64,000 nt of DNA from Collinsella sp. (GTDB lineage Bacteria; Actinomycetota; Coriobacteriia; Coriobacteriales; Coriobacteriaceae). The translations under genes and the position numbers were made by a program. Shown one piece after another: positions 38,168-48,131 of this stretch; the stretch's first letter is position 1; each line of letters opens with the position of its first letter. The DNA is taken from positions 7,618-71,617 of the forward strand of contig JAGZQF010000009.1 of the NCBI GenBank assembly GCA_018382295.1. Reading direction: 5' to 3'. Under the pieces are notes generated by a model. That model was not told the DNA's origin and did not search any database. It worked only from the letters and a program-made list of their open reading frames with translations.

Positions 38168-38710
38168 CTACTCCGTCTCGCCCGGTCGAGCGCCGCGGGC
38201 CAGGGCGTCCTGGTACTCCTTGACGGCCTTGAGCCTCTGCATGGGCTTCAGTCGCTCGAACATAGTGTTGCCGTGCAGGTGATCGATCTCGTGCTGCAAG
38301 CACACGCAGAACAGATCACCCGTGGCCTCATAGCGAATAAGGTTGGCATCCAAGTCATACGCCTCGACGACGACATGGTCGGGACGCTCAATCTCGCAGC
38401 TAATGCCAGGGATGGAAAGGCAGCCCTCGCTAAAGGGCACCAGATGGTCACTCTGCTCAACAATGACGGGATTAATAAGCACGTACGGATCATAGTCATT
38501 CTTGTCGCTGTAGTCGCAGTCGATGGTGACGAGCTGAATAAGCTCGCCAATCTGCGGGGCAGCCAGGCCGCAGCCGCCGTTCTCGAACATCATCTTCTTC
38601 ATCTTCTCGGCAAGCGCCTCGATCGCCGGGGTGATCTCCTCGATGACGGCGCACTCCTGGCGCAGACGAGGGTCGGGCGACAGTACGATTCCGTTGGCTT
38701 CCATGGCCAT
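38168..38710 (-). CDS. def: Peptide deformylase
   Basis: Motifs GCGLAAPQIG, EGCLSIPG, QHEIDHLHG. 180 aa. Confidence 0.9.
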   Translation of the reverse strand: MAMEANGIVLSPDPRLRQECAVIEEITPAIEALAEKMKKMMFENGGCGLAAPQIGELIQLVTIDCDYSDKNDYDPYVLINPVIVEQSDHLVPFSEGCLSIPGISCEIERPDHVVVEAYDLDANLIRYEATGDLFCVCLQHEIDHLHGNTMFERLKPMQRLKAVKEYQDALARGARPGETE

Positions 38711-38722
38711 CCTTTCGGGTTG

Positions 38723-41176
38723 TTACATCAAATCATAGGCGTCGACGTCAACGCTCACGCTCACGCCACGCACGGAGCCCACCTCTTTGAGGCAGGCGTC
38801 GATATCGTCAGAGACATGGTACCCCACGGGCGACTTCACAAGCAGATGGAAGCGGTAACGGTCCTTGGCTCTCTCGATTACACACGAAGCCGGGCCAAGC
38901 ACCTGCGGCACGGCACTCCCCGCCCGCAAAAAGTCGGGCGCGGCGGCATGCCAGCGGCGCTTAAGAAGCTTTGCAATGCGCCCGATGTAGTCTTGCGCGT
39001 CGTCTCGGTTCGCCGACCACACCAAGATGTTGACCAGGCGAACAAACGGCGGGTATAGCGCGTCGCGGCGCTGTTCCAGGTCGTAGTCGGTAAAGATCGA
39101 ACGGTCGTGCTCAGCGACGGCGCGAATGACCGGATCCTCGGGCAGGTAGGTCTGGATGATCACCTCGCCGGGGCGATCGCCGCGACCGGCACGGCCCGCC
39201 ACCTGTTCCAGCAGGTCGTAGGCGCGCTCCCCTGCGCGAAAGTCGGGCAGCTTGAGGGCGAAGTCGGCATTGACCACGCCCACGAGCGTGACCTCAGGAA
39301 AGTCGAGACCCTTTGCGATCATTTGGGTGCCCAGTAACACGGCGCAATCGGCCGCATCGAACTGCTCGAGCAGCTTTTTGTGCGCATCCTTGCCGCGCGT
39401 GGAATCGGCATCCATGCGAATAATGGCGACGTCCTCGGGAAGCATCTGGTGCAGTGCGTCCTCGATCTGCTGAGTGCCCAGACCCATTTTTGCCAGATAG
39501 CGGCTACCGCATTTGGGACAGTGGCTCGTGGGCGCGGGATACGGCTGCACGCGCCAAGACGAACCGCATGTGTGACACTGCAGCGTGTGCGTGCGTTCGT
39601 GGTACGTGAGCGCGGTGGAACAGTGGTTGCAGGTGGGCACGCAGCCGCACTCGCGGCACATCAGGAACGGCGCAAAGCCACGGCGGTTATGCAGCAGTAC
39701 GGCCTTCTCGCGTCGCTCGACCACACGCTCCAAGCCCTCCATCAAGGGTTTTGAGAACATGGAGCGGCTGCCGTGAGAAAACTCATGGCGCAGGTCGGCA
39801 ATCCGAACCGTAGGCAGCACGGCGTGTCCCGGGCGCTCGGGCATCTCGACGCGCGTCCAGGTGCCACCGTTATACGTGCCACGGCGGCAGCGGTCGAGGG
39901 CCTCGGCAGAAGGCGTGGCGGAACCCAATACGAGCGGACAGCGGTAGCGTCGCGCTATCTCGGCCGCCACCTCGCGCGCATGGTAGCGCGGGCTAGAACC
40001 CTGCTTGTAACTGGTCTCGTGTTCCTCGTCGATGATGATGAGGCCCAGGTCGCTGAGCGGGCAAAAGAGCGCCGAGCGGGCACCCACGACCACACGCGCG
40101 GCACCGCTGGCAACCATGTCCCACTGGTCCAGGCGCTCGCCGGCCGAAAGGCGCGAATGGAACACGGCGACCGTCTCGCCAAAGCGCGAGCGGAAGCGGC
40201 CGACGGTTTGGGCCGTCAGCGAGATCTCGGGAACCAACACGCAGGCCGAACGGCCGGCCGCGAGCGCGCGCTCAATCGCCGAAAGGTAAACCTCGGTTTT
40301 GCCGGAGCCGGTGACGCCGTCGACAAGGACCACGTCTCCGTGGGCGTCAAGACAGGCACGCTCAATCTGCGCGAGCGCCTTCTGTTGGCCCTTGGTGAGC
40401 GCGACCGGCGCCTTGCCGCTTGCCGAGGACAGCGTGGTCTGCTCGCTGCAGCCACGCCACGCACGGCGCTCCTCCACCACCACGACACCGCGCTTTTCGA
40501 GCGCCTTGATGGTCGCCGACATGCTGTTATAGAGCAGGTTGAGGTCGCGCGTCGTGACCGGCCCGCACTGGAGCGCCTCGATGAGCTGACGCTGACGGAC
40601 CGCGGTCTTGGGCGGCGTATAGTCGAAACCCTCGGGCGTGAGCATGACCCAGCGGTTTTGGATGGGTTTAACAGCGGGGCGCTCAACCGTCCACACGCCG
40701 TCGTCACCCTTGACCACACGCGGGCTTCCACCCGGGGGCAAGAACAGGCGCAGACACTCGGAAAGCGTCGCAACATATTCGCGGCTCATCCAACGCGCGA
40801 TGCGGGCGGCCTCTGCGGTAAAGAGCGGCTTGCTGAGGATGGCTTCGACGGCTTTAATGCGCGCGGGGTCGAGCGCGCTGTTGCCCTGCAGATCGCCCAG
40901 CTCGGGCGCAATGTCGACGATGTAGCCTGCGGCAGCACGGTTGCCAAAATGGACCAGGACCGTGGATCCGATCTGCGCGTCGCTAGCAAGGGGTTGAGGA
41001 ATGCCATAGGCAAACGGCTCGGACAGCGCACGCGTCGGGATGTCGAGAACCACGCTCGCATAGGCGGCGATGGGCTCAGGTGCAGGCTTAGGCTGAGCCG
41101 AGGCAGCGGCAGACACTGGCTTCACCGGAACCTCCTCCGGTTCCGGCGAACCAAACAGCGACAGTTGCTCGGCCAC
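38723..41176 (-). CDS. priA: Primosomal protein N' (replication restart helicase PriA)
   Basis: Walker A LVDGVTGSGKTEVYL, DEEHE box, Cys-rich zinc-binding insert (CRECGCVPTCNHCSTALTYH...CHTCGSSW...CPKCGS). 817 aa. Confidence 0.9.
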   Translation of the reverse strand: MAEQLSLFGSPEPEEVPVKPVSAAASAQPKPAPEPIAAYASVVLDIPTRALSEPFAYGIPQPLASDAQIGSTVLVHFGNRAAAGYIVDIAPELGDLQGNSALDPARIKAVEAILSKPLFTAEAARIARWMSREYVATLSECLRLFLPPGGSPRVVKGDDGVWTVERPAVKPIQNRWVMLTPEGFDYTPPKTAVRQRQLIEALQCGPVTTRDLNLLYNSMSATIKALEKRGVVVVEERRAWRGCSEQTTLSSASGKAPVALTKGQQKALAQIERACLDAHGDVVLVDGVTGSGKTEVYLSAIERALAAGRSACVLVPEISLTAQTVGRFRSRFGETVAVFHSRLSAGERLDQWDMVASGAARVVVGARSALFCPLSDLGLIIIDEEHETSYKQGSSPRYHAREVAAEIARRYRCPLVLGSATPSAEALDRCRRGTYNGGTWTRVEMPERPGHAVLPTVRIADLRHEFSHGSRSMFSKPLMEGLERVVERREKAVLLHNRRGFAPFLMCRECGCVPTCNHCSTALTYHERTHTLQCHTCGSSWRVQPYPAPTSHCPKCGSRYLAKMGLGTQQIEDALHQMLPEDVAIIRMDADSTRGKDAHKKLLEQFDAADCAVLLGTQMIAKGLDFPEVTLVGVVNADFALKLPDFRAGERAYDLLEQVAGRAGRGDRPGEVIIQTYLPEDPVIRAVAEHDRSIFTDYDLEQRRDALYPPFVRLVNILVWSANRDDAQDYIGRIAKLLKRRWHAAAPDFLRAGSAVPQVLGPASCVIERAKDRYRFHLLVKSPVGYHVSDDIDACLKEVGSVRGVSVSVDVDAYDLM

Positions 41177-41205
41177 GGCTCCAGCACCTCCTATCCCATA
41201 CGTCT

Positions 41206-41241
41206 ACAGAAACAAGAGCCCCGCTCGGGTGAACGGGGCTC
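41206..41241 (-). terminator. Hairpin terminator downstream of gltX
   Basis: GAGCCCCG-ctcgggtgaa-CGGGGCTC followed on the minus strand by ttgtttctgt. Confidence 0.4.
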
Positions 41242-41264
41242 GGATACATACGTTTGCGCAGCGA

Positions 41265-42740
41265 TTACAGCGCCATCGTGCGGGCGCGGTCGATGCGCGC
41301 CAGGCAGTCGTCGCGGCCGATGAGCGCCATGGTCTCGCCCAGCGGAGGACTCACCATGTTGCCGCAGACGGCGACGCGCACGGCCTGGAACACCACGCGC
41401 TTCTTGAGGTCCATCTGCTCGGGCAGCGGCTCAAGCGCGGCGTCGATGTTGGCAGCCGTCCACTCGTTCACACCCTCGAGCGCGGCCTTGGAGGCATCCA
41501 GAATGACACCCATGCCCTCCTTGGCCAGGCCCTTGTTGACGGATTTCTCGTCATACTCGAGCGTCTCGGCCGTGGCAAAGATGGGAGCGGCGACGGTCAC
41601 GGCGTCGGCCGGCATCTTGGTGCGCGGCTTGACGATGGCGGCAAGCGCATCGATCCAATCCTCGCCGTACTCGACATTACCCTCGATGAGACCCGCCTCG
41701 TGCAGCTCGGGGACCATGATCTCGTCGGCAAACTGAGCATCGGACATGCCGTTGATGTACTCGGCATTGACCCAATCGAGCTTCTTGGGGTCGAAGGTCG
41801 CCGGGTTCTTAGAGATGCGGTCGAGCGAGAACTTGCTGGCCAGGACATCGCGCGGGATGATCGTGGTCTCACCGTCGAGCGACCAGCCGAGCAGCGCCAG
41901 GTAGTTGACGAAGGCGTCGGACAGGTAGCCGGCGTCGCGGTACTCCTCCACCGAGGTGGCGCCGTGGCGCTTGGAGAGCTTCTTGCCGTCGGCACCCAAG
42001 ATCATGGAGATGTGGGCGAACGTAGGCACGGGCGCGCCGAGGGCCTCGTAGACCATGACCTGACGCGGGGTGTTGGACAGGTGGTCGTCGCCGCGGATGA
42101 CGTGGGTGATCTTCATCATGGCGTCGTCGACGACGGTCGCGAAGTTGTACGTGGGCGTGCCATCGGAGCGGAAGATGACAAAGTCGTCGAGCTCCTTGGC
42201 GTCGAAGGTCACCTCGCCGTGGACGGCGTCGTGGATGACGACGTCGCCGCGGTCCTCGGGCACCTTAATACGCAGGACGTAGGACTCGCCGGCCTCGATG
42301 CGGCGGCGGGCCTCCTCGGGATCAAGATCGCGGCAACGGCGCTGATAGCCCTGGAAGGGGTCCTTGCGCTCCTGCGCGGCCTTGCGGTCGGCGTCGAGCT
42401 GCTCCTTGGTGCAGAAGCAGGGATAGGCCTTGCCCTCGTCCCAAAGCTTCTGGGCGGCCTGCTTGTACAGGTCCAGGCGCTCGGTCTGGGCGTAGGGGCC
42501 AAAGTCGCCGCCCACCTCGGGACCCTCGTCCCAGTCCAGGCCCAGCCAACGCATGGCGCGCAGGATAATCTGCGTGTTCTCGTCGGTGGAGCGGGTGGGG
42601 TCGGTGTCGTCGATGCGCAGGATGAACGTGCCGCCGTTTGCGCGGGCGAAAGCCCAGTTATAGATAGCGGTGCGGGCGCCGCCGATGTGCAGCTTGCCCG
42701 TCGGTGAGGGTGCAAAGCGGACGCGAACGTCTGATGCCAT
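41265..42740 (-). CDS. gltX: Glutamate--tRNA ligase
   Basis: FAPSPTGKLHIGGARTAIYNWAFA (HIGH-class motif), KLSKRHG (KMSKS). Start at MASDVRVRFAP. Confidence 0.9.
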   Translation of the reverse strand: MASDVRVRFAPSPTGKLHIGGARTAIYNWAFARANGGTFILRIDDTDPTRSTDENTQIILRAMRWLGLDWDEGPEVGGDFGPYAQTERLDLYKQAAQKLWDEGKAYPCFCTKEQLDADRKAAQERKDPFQGYQRRCRDLDPEEARRRIEAGESYVLRIKVPEDRGDVVIHDAVHGEVTFDAKELDDFVIFRSDGTPTYNFATVVDDAMMKITHVIRGDDHLSNTPRQVMVYEALGAPVPTFAHISMILGADGKKLSKRHGATSVEEYRDAGYLSDAFVNYLALLGWSLDGETTIIPRDVLASKFSLDRISKNPATFDPKKLDWVNAEYINGMSDAQFADEIMVPELHEAGLIEGNVEYGEDWIDALAAIVKPRTKMPADAVTVAAPIFATAETLEYDEKSVNKGLAKEGMGVILDASKAALEGVNEWTAANIDAALEPLPEQMDLKKRVVFQAVRVAVCGNMVSPPLGETMALIGRDDCLARIDRARTMAL

Positions 42741-42826
42741 GGAAATCTCCTCGATTGCAGGATGGATGTCTAACCGCATCAGTATAAAGCATCAAAGCAA
42801 CCTCCGCACAAAGGGCACCGACCCAA

Positions 42827-42906
42827 TCATTGGGGACAGACTTAAATGACCAGTCGTTGGAGACGTTCTTAGTTTAAGGCTGGTCATTTAAGTCTGTCCC
42901 CAATGA
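42827..42906. repeat. Perfect 27-bp inverted repeat (AT-rich) with 26-nt spacer in the divergent gltX/metK promoter-leader region
   Basis: Left TCATTGGGGACAGACTTAAATGACCAG (42827-42853). Right CTGGTCATTTAAGTCTGTCCCCAATGA (42880-42906). Flanked by the weaker outer complement CCGCAC...GTGCGG. Confidence 0.6.
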
Positions 42907-43016
42907 GTAGGTGCGGAAAGGGTGTGAATGTTTGATTTACGCGTTATGATGTGCCCTTGCATAGAGAGCCCGGCGGAATGGTAACGGTCGCGGGACACGT
43001 TTTTGAAAGGACAATC

Positions 43017-44297
43017 ATGTCAGAAGAACTTCGTTCCATCCCACCCCAACACGGGTCCTTTGTTTTTACGTCGGAGTCGGTGACCGAAGGTCATCCCGAT
43101 AAGATCGCTGACCAGATCAGCGATGCCGTCCTCGACGCAATCCTCGCCAAAGAAATAGAGCTGCAGGAGCAGGGCTACATCGCCCCCAACGGCGTGCCCG
43201 CCAACGTGGAGAACGTCCGCTGCGCCTGCGAGACCCTCGTGACCACCGGCACCGTTATCGTCGCCGGCGAGATTCGCACCCAGGCCTACGTCGACGTTCA
43301 GGAAATCGCCCGCGGCGTTATCCGCCGCATTGGCTACAACCGTGCCAAATTCGGTTTTGACTGCGATACCTGTGGCGTTATGAGCCTCATCCATGAGCAG
43401 TCACCCGATATCGCTCAGGGCGTTGACGAGTCCTTCGAGACCCAGACCGGCGCTACCACCGACCCGATCGACCTGATCGGTGCCGGCGACCAGGGCATGA
43501 TGTTCGGTTACGCCTCCAACGAGACCAAGACCCTCATGCCCATGCCTCACTACCTGGCAAGCCGCCTGGCCGAGCGCCTGGCTGCCGTGCGTCACGACGG
43601 TACCCTCGCCTATCTGCGTCCCGATGGCAAGACCCAGGTCACCGTGCGCTACGAGGACGGCAAGCCCGTCGAGGTCACGACCATCGTCATCTCCACGCAG
43701 CACGCCGCCGAGATCGAGGACATGGGCAAGATCAAGGCCGACCTAATCGAGCACGTCATCACCCCGGTCATGGCCGCCGAGAACATGCCGTGGGACAACG
43801 CCGACATCTACGTGAACCCCACCGGTCGCTTTGTCGTGGGCGGACCTATGGGTGACACGGGACTGACTGGCCGTAAGATCATCGTCGACACCTACGGCGG
43901 CTATGGCCGTCACGGCGGCGGTGCCTTTAGCGGCAAGGACTGCACCAAGGTCGACCGCTCCGCCGCGTATGCCGCGCGCTGGGTAGCCAAGAACGTGGTC
44001 GCCGCCGGTCTGGCCGACCGCTGCGAAGTCGAGCTTGCCTACGCCATCGGCGTTTCCAAGCCCCTCTCAATCATGGTCGACACCTTCGGCACCGCACATG
44101 TTGCTGAGCATAAGATCGTTGAAGCCGTAGAGAAGACCTTCGACCTGCGCCCGGGCGCAATCATCCGCGACCTAGACCTGCGTCGCCCGATTTACGAAAA
44201 GACGGCAGCCTACGGTCACTTCGGCCGCGAAGACGCCGACTTCACCTGGGAGAAAACCGACCGAGTCGAAGAACTCAAAGCAGCCTGCGGCCTGTAA
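43017..44297 (+). CDS. metK: S-adenosylmethionine synthetase
   Basis: [57 protein letters not shown]. Start at MSEELRS. Confidence 0.9.
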   Translation: MSEELRSIPPQHGSFVFTSESVTEGHPDKIADQISDAVLDAILAKEIELQEQGYIAPNGVPANVENVRCACETLVTTGTVIVAGEIRTQAYVDVQEIARGVIRRIGYNRAKFGFDCDTCGVMSLIHEQSPDIAQGVDESFETQTGATTDPIDLIGAGDQGMMFGYASNETKTLMPMPHYLASRLAERLAAVRHDGTLAYLRPDGKTQVTVRYEDGKPVEVTTIVISTQHAAEIEDMGKIKADLIEHVITPVMAAENMPWDNADIYVNPTGRFVVGGPMGDTGLTGRKIIVDTYGGYGRHGGGAFSGKDCTKVDRSAAYAARWVAKNVVAAGLADRCEVELAYAIGVSKPLSIMVDTFGTAHVAEHKIVEAVEKTFDLRPGAIIRDLDLRRPIYEKTAAYGHFGREDADFTWEKTDRVEELKAACGL

Positions 44298-44334
44298 GCT
44301 AACTCGAAAAGCTACAGCCAAATAACAACGCACC

Positions 44335-44370
44335 AAAAGAAGTACCGGCCCCAACCGGTACTTCTTTTTT
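44335..44370 (+). terminator. Rho-independent terminator after metK
   Basis: AAAGAAGTACCGG-ccccaa-CCGGTACTTCTTT followed by TTTTTATTT. Confidence 0.65.
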
Positions 44371-44465
44371 ATTTAAAGGTGGTGAAGATGAGCCGACCTG
44401 GGACATGGAATAGGTCATAGGCCGATAAATTTCGCAGCAGAGCGACTCCAACCATGTATCCTAAG

Positions 44466-44584
44466 TTCCGAGGGCTTTGGTATCTGGTCGGTCGCGAGTT
44501 CCGCACGAGCCGGAGAGCACTTAATGTGCTCTCCGTGCGAGCAGGACTGCCCGAGCAGGCGACCAAATACCAAAGCCCTCGGAA
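44466..44584. repeat. Long GC-rich extended hairpin in the sdaA 5' leader (25-bp outer arms with 1 mismatch, inner 10-11-bp hairpin)
   Basis: Outer TTCCGAGGGCTTTGGTATCTGGTCG (44466-44490) against CGACCAAATACCAAAGCCCTCGGAA (44560-44584). Inner CCGGAGAGCAC-ttaat-GTGCTCTCCG centred at about 44523. It ends 56 nt before the sdaA ATG. Confidence 0.6.
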
Positions 44585-44640
44585 CGGCGGGACAGAGTAT
44601 GCCCCGCCCCTCGGGACGACGGGATAGAACAGGAGCGCAT

Positions 44641-46248
44641 ATGGCAGGCAAGCCGCAAACACTAGCTACGACCTCTGCATTCGAGATCTTGGGCCCCGTC
44701 ATGGTCGGCCCCAGCTCATCACACACCGCCGGCGCCCTGCGCTGCGCCCAAGTTGCCGCCAGCCTGTTAGAAGGCCGCATCGCCAAAGTCACCTTTGGCC
44801 TATGGAACTCCTTCGCCCACACCTACCGCGGCCACGGCACCGACCGTGCGCTCGTCGCGGGCATCCTGGGCCTCGACACCGATGACGAGAACATCAAGCA
44901 GGCCTTCGACCTCGCTCGCGAGCAGGGCCTCGAATATCACTTTGACATCAAGGGCGACGACGCCTCCATCCACCCCAACACCGTCGACATCGATATGGTC
45001 GACGACACGGGCGCCACGGCGCAGGTCCGCGGCGAGAGCCTGGGCGGCGGCAAGATGCGCATCAGCCGCATTAACGGCGTCGGCGTCGACATCTCGGGCA
45101 TGTATTCCACGCTCTTCGTGGCGCACAAGGACGTTCCCGGCGTGCTCGCCGCGCTCACGAACCTGCTCGCCTACGCCCACGTGAACATCGCCTTCTGCCG
45201 CACCTACCGAACCGAAGTGGGCGGCCAGGCCTACTCCGTCTTTGAGACCGACGGTGCGCCCGACGACACCGTCGTCCCCATGTTACGCAAGCTCGACAAT
45301 GTCGATTACGCGACCTTTATCGAGCTCCCCGGTTCTGCCTCGTCGCTCTCCCCCGGCGTCTCGGCCAAGGAGATCTTCGACGACGGCCAGCAGCTGCTCG
45401 ATGCGTGCGAGGAACTGGGGCTCAGCATCGGCGCCGTCATGGCCGTGCGTGAGGCGCGCCTGACCGGCGAAGCCCACGCCGTCGACGCCATGCGTCGCGT
45501 GCTCGACGTCATGCGGGAGGAGACCACGGCCCCCATCGCCAATCCGCAGCGATCGCTCGGCGGGCTTATCGGCGGCGAGGCCAAACTCGTCGATGCCACC
45601 GGCCGCAACGATTTGAGCACGAGCCTGATGGGCGCCGTCCAGACCGACGCCGTAGCCCGCGCCATGGCCGTGCTCGAGCGCTCGGCCACGATGGGCGTAA
45701 TCGTCGCAGCTCCGACGGCAGGATCCGCGGGTGTTGTGCCCGGCTGCGTGCTGGCGCTCGCCGATCGCCTGCAGCTCGACGACGAGCAGGTCATGGACGC
45801 GCTCTACTGCGCAGCCGCCATCGGCCTCAACCTCACCACAAGCGCCTGCGTCGCCGGCGCTGAGGGCGGCTGTCAGGCCGAGGTGGGAAGCGCCGCCGCC
45901 ATGGCGGCCGCCGCGCTGGTGCAGATGCTCGGCGGCACGCCCGAGCAGGCGCTCGACGCCAGTTCCATCGCGCTGAGTAACCTGCTGGGCCTCGTTTGTG
46001 ACCCCGTCGGTGGCCTCGTGGAGGTGCCCTGCCAAAACCGCAACGCCATCGGCGTGGCAGCGGCCTTTAGCTCGGCACAACTCGCCCTCGCAGGCATTAA
46101 GAGCTTGGTGCCGTTTGACCAGATGGCACATGTCATGCTCTCGGTGGGCCACGCGTTGCCAGCCACGCTGCGCGAGACGGCAAAGGGCGGCATCGCGCAG
46201 GCTCCGGCCGCACTTTCGGCCTGTGCAAAATGCGGCGTGTGCGGATAG
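44641..46248 (+). CDS. sdaA: L-serine dehydratase, iron-sulfur-dependent, fused beta-alpha single chain
   Basis: Beta-subunit-like N-terminus (ILGPVMVGPSSSHTAGALR) and ACT-like region. The alpha-subunit part carries the Cys-rich 4Fe-4S ligands (TTSACVAGAEGGCQAEVGSAAAMAAA; VCDPVGGLVEVPCQNRN). Confidence 0.85.
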   Translation: MAGKPQTLATTSAFEILGPVMVGPSSSHTAGALRCAQVAASLLEGRIAKVTFGLWNSFAHTYRGHGTDRALVAGILGLDTDDENIKQAFDLAREQGLEYHFDIKGDDASIHPNTVDIDMVDDTGATAQVRGESLGGGKMRISRINGVGVDISGMYSTLFVAHKDVPGVLAALTNLLAYAHVNIAFCRTYRTEVGGQAYSVFETDGAPDDTVVPMLRKLDNVDYATFIELPGSASSLSPGVSAKEIFDDGQQLLDACEELGLSIGAVMAVREARLTGEAHAVDAMRRVLDVMREETTAPIANPQRSLGGLIGGEAKLVDATGRNDLSTSLMGAVQTDAVARAMAVLERSATMGVIVAAPTAGSAGVVPGCVLALADRLQLDDEQVMDALYCAAAIGLNLTTSACVAGAEGGCQAEVGSAAAMAAAALVQMLGGTPEQALDASSIALSNLLGLVCDPVGGLVEVPCQNRNAIGVAAAFSSAQLALAGIKSLVPFDQMAHVMLSVGHALPATLRETAKGGIAQAPAALSACAKCGVCG

Positions 46249-46265
46249 CGACAAAGAACGACTCA

Positions 46266-46295
46266 AAGGTGGGACAAATGTCCCACCTCTTTTGA
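46266..46295 (+). terminator. Rho-independent terminator after sdaA
   Basis: AGGTGGGACA-aa-TGTCCCACCT followed by CTTTT. Confidence 0.6.
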
Positions 46296-46388
46296 ATGCC
46301 ACCGTTTCCGTACCACAAACAGCAGGGCAATCGCTATAATGCAAGCCCAGTAAAAACACGATGAACCGCAAGGCGAAAATCGAAGGAT

Positions 46389-48131
46389 ATGCATACGATG
46401 TCGCAAAACGATCGAACTCAACTGATTCCCGATCCGCAGCAGCCGAGCAGGCACGCCGGCGGCGTTCAGTCGCCGCGTCCTATCGCGCCGAGCCACGGTC
46501 AGCAGCGTGGTGCGGCAAACGCTTCTCAACGCCCGAACCAACAGCGACAGCAGCGTCAACAACGTCAGCAGCACCAGGCAAACGGCAATGCGCCCAAGCA
46601 GCCCCCCACGCACGCTCGAGGCGATCGCGGCCCCGCGCGCAAGTCCGCCGGCAACAATAAGTCGGGCAAAAAGACGACGCTCTTTGTCGTCCTGGGTCTA
46701 ATCGTCATTGTCTATATCGTAGGCGTCGTAGCATTTTCGCAGGTAGCCTACCCCAACACCACCATCGCCGGCGTCGACGTCTCGTTCTCCAACGCTTCGT
46801 CTGCCGCCACCAAGGTCAACTCGGCATGGAAGCACTATAAGCTCACCGTGACAGGCGATGACTTTAACTGGACCTATCAGCCCGAGTCCGATGAGCCCAT
46901 CGTCGACGGTGAAGCTGCCGCAAAAGAGATTATCAGCCACAACGAAGCCTTTGTATGGCCGGTCCGCCTTGTGGAATCCTTAAGCGGCAAGACCAAAACA
47001 ACCGCTACCTCCAACGAAGTCGATCTTGATCAAGACGTCGACCTGTCCATGCTCTCCGACACCTTTGACCAAAAGAAGTTTGAGAAGGATCTGGGCGCCG
47101 CCATCGACGAGTTTAACGAGGGCCGTTCGGGCACGTTCGAGGCAAATAGCTCCTATGACGAGCAGGCCGGCAAGTTTACCGTCGAGAAGGCGCGCTCCAA
47201 CGAAAAACTCAACCGCGAGCATGTCATTAAATATGCCGAGCTCGAGCTTGCCTCGCTGGCCGAGACCGTAGATCTTTCCAAGCTCGGCAACGATGCCTAT
47301 GAGCCGCTCAATGGAACGCTGACCGATGATCAGATTCAGGCCGCATGCGATGCCGCCAACAACTTCCTGGGCGTCAACGTGACCCTCAAGCTCAACGGCG
47401 AGGATGCTGGCAAGGTTGATGGCAGCTCCGTATTGCAGTGGATCAGCTTTGCCGATCCGGCCAACCCAACGCTCGATACGACGCAGATCAGCAGCTGGGC
47501 AGCCGAGCTCGCTAACGGCTTTAATACCGTGGGCTCCACTCGCTGGTGGACGCGCGCCGATAGCAAGCAGTGCGCCGTCGAAGGCGGTGACTTTGGTTGG
47601 TCCATCGACAGCAGCTCGCTCGCCAAGCAGGTCGAGGACGCCATTAACAACAAGCAGACTGGCGAAATCGAGATCAAGTACTCCCAGAAGGCCGACACCT
47701 TTACCGCAAAGGGAGAGCCCGACTGGAAGGCGTATATCGACGTCGACTTGTCCGAACAGCACGCGCGCTACTATGACGAGAGCGGAAATATCGTTTGGGA
47801 GGCCAACTTTATCTCGGGCAAGCCGGGCGAGGACGCCACGCCCGAGGGCGTCTGGCAGATCAACAGCAACGACGGCGGCAGCACCCTGATCGGAGCCAAG
47901 GACCCCGAGACCGGCAAGCCCAAATACGAGAGTCCGGTGAGCTACTGGATGCCGTTTGAGGGCAACATGATCGGCTTCCATGATGCCACCTGGCAAAACG
48001 ACAAGAGCTTCGATAACGCCGAGTCGTACAAATGGTGCGGCAGCCACGGCTGCATCAACCTGCGCCTGGCAGACGCCAAGGCACTTCACGACTGCATCAA
48101 AGTCGGCCTGTGTGTGGTTGTCCACTCGTAG
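46389..48131 (+). CDS. L,D-transpeptidase family protein (YkuD domain) with Gln-rich disordered N-terminus and a single TM helix
   Basis: C-terminal catalytic motif GSHGCINL. TM segment TTLFVVLGLIVIVYIVGVVAF. N-terminal QQRQQRQQRQQHQ. A TATAAT -10 hexamer lies at 46335-46340 upstream. Confidence 0.8.
   Translation: MHTMSQNDRTQLIPDPQQPSRHAGGVQSPRPIAPSHGQQRGAANASQRPNQQRQQRQQRQQHQANGNAPKQPPTHARGDRGPARKSAGNNKSGKKTTLFVVLGLIVIVYIVGVVAFSQVAYPNTTIAGVDVSFSNASSAATKVNSAWKHYKLTVTGDDFNWTYQPESDEPIVDGEAAAKEIISHNEAFVWPVRLVESLSGKTKTTATSNEVDLDQDVDLSMLSDTFDQKKFEKDLGAAIDEFNEGRSGTFEANSSYDEQAGKFTVEKARSNEKLNREHVIKYAELELASLAETVDLSKLGNDAYEPLNGTLTDDQIQAACDAANNFLGVNVTLKLNGEDAGKVDGSSVLQWISFADPANPTLDTTQISSWAAELANGFNTVGSTRWWTRADSKQCAVEGGDFGWSIDSSSLAKQVEDAINNKQTGEIEIKYSQKADTFTAKGEPDWKAYIDVDLSEQHARYYDESGNIVWEANFISGKPGEDATPEGVWQINSNDGGSTLIGAKDPETGKPKYESPVSYWMPFEGNMIGFHDATWQNDKSFDNAESYKWCGSHGCINLRLADAKALHDCIKVGLCVVVHS

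Noticed and set aside
42741-43016. SAM riboswitch expected upstream of metK.
   Set aside because: No recognisable SAM-I/SAM-IV conserved segments were seen by eye. The leader is dominated by the 27-bp inverted repeat instead. This needs an Rfam scan to settle.
44400-44640. T-box or glycine riboswitch in the sdaA leader.
   Set aside because: The T-box consensus (AGGGUGGNACCGCG-like) was not found. GGAGAG occurs inside the inner hairpin, but the rest of the glycine-riboswitch consensus was not found. Kept only as an unexplained structured leader.
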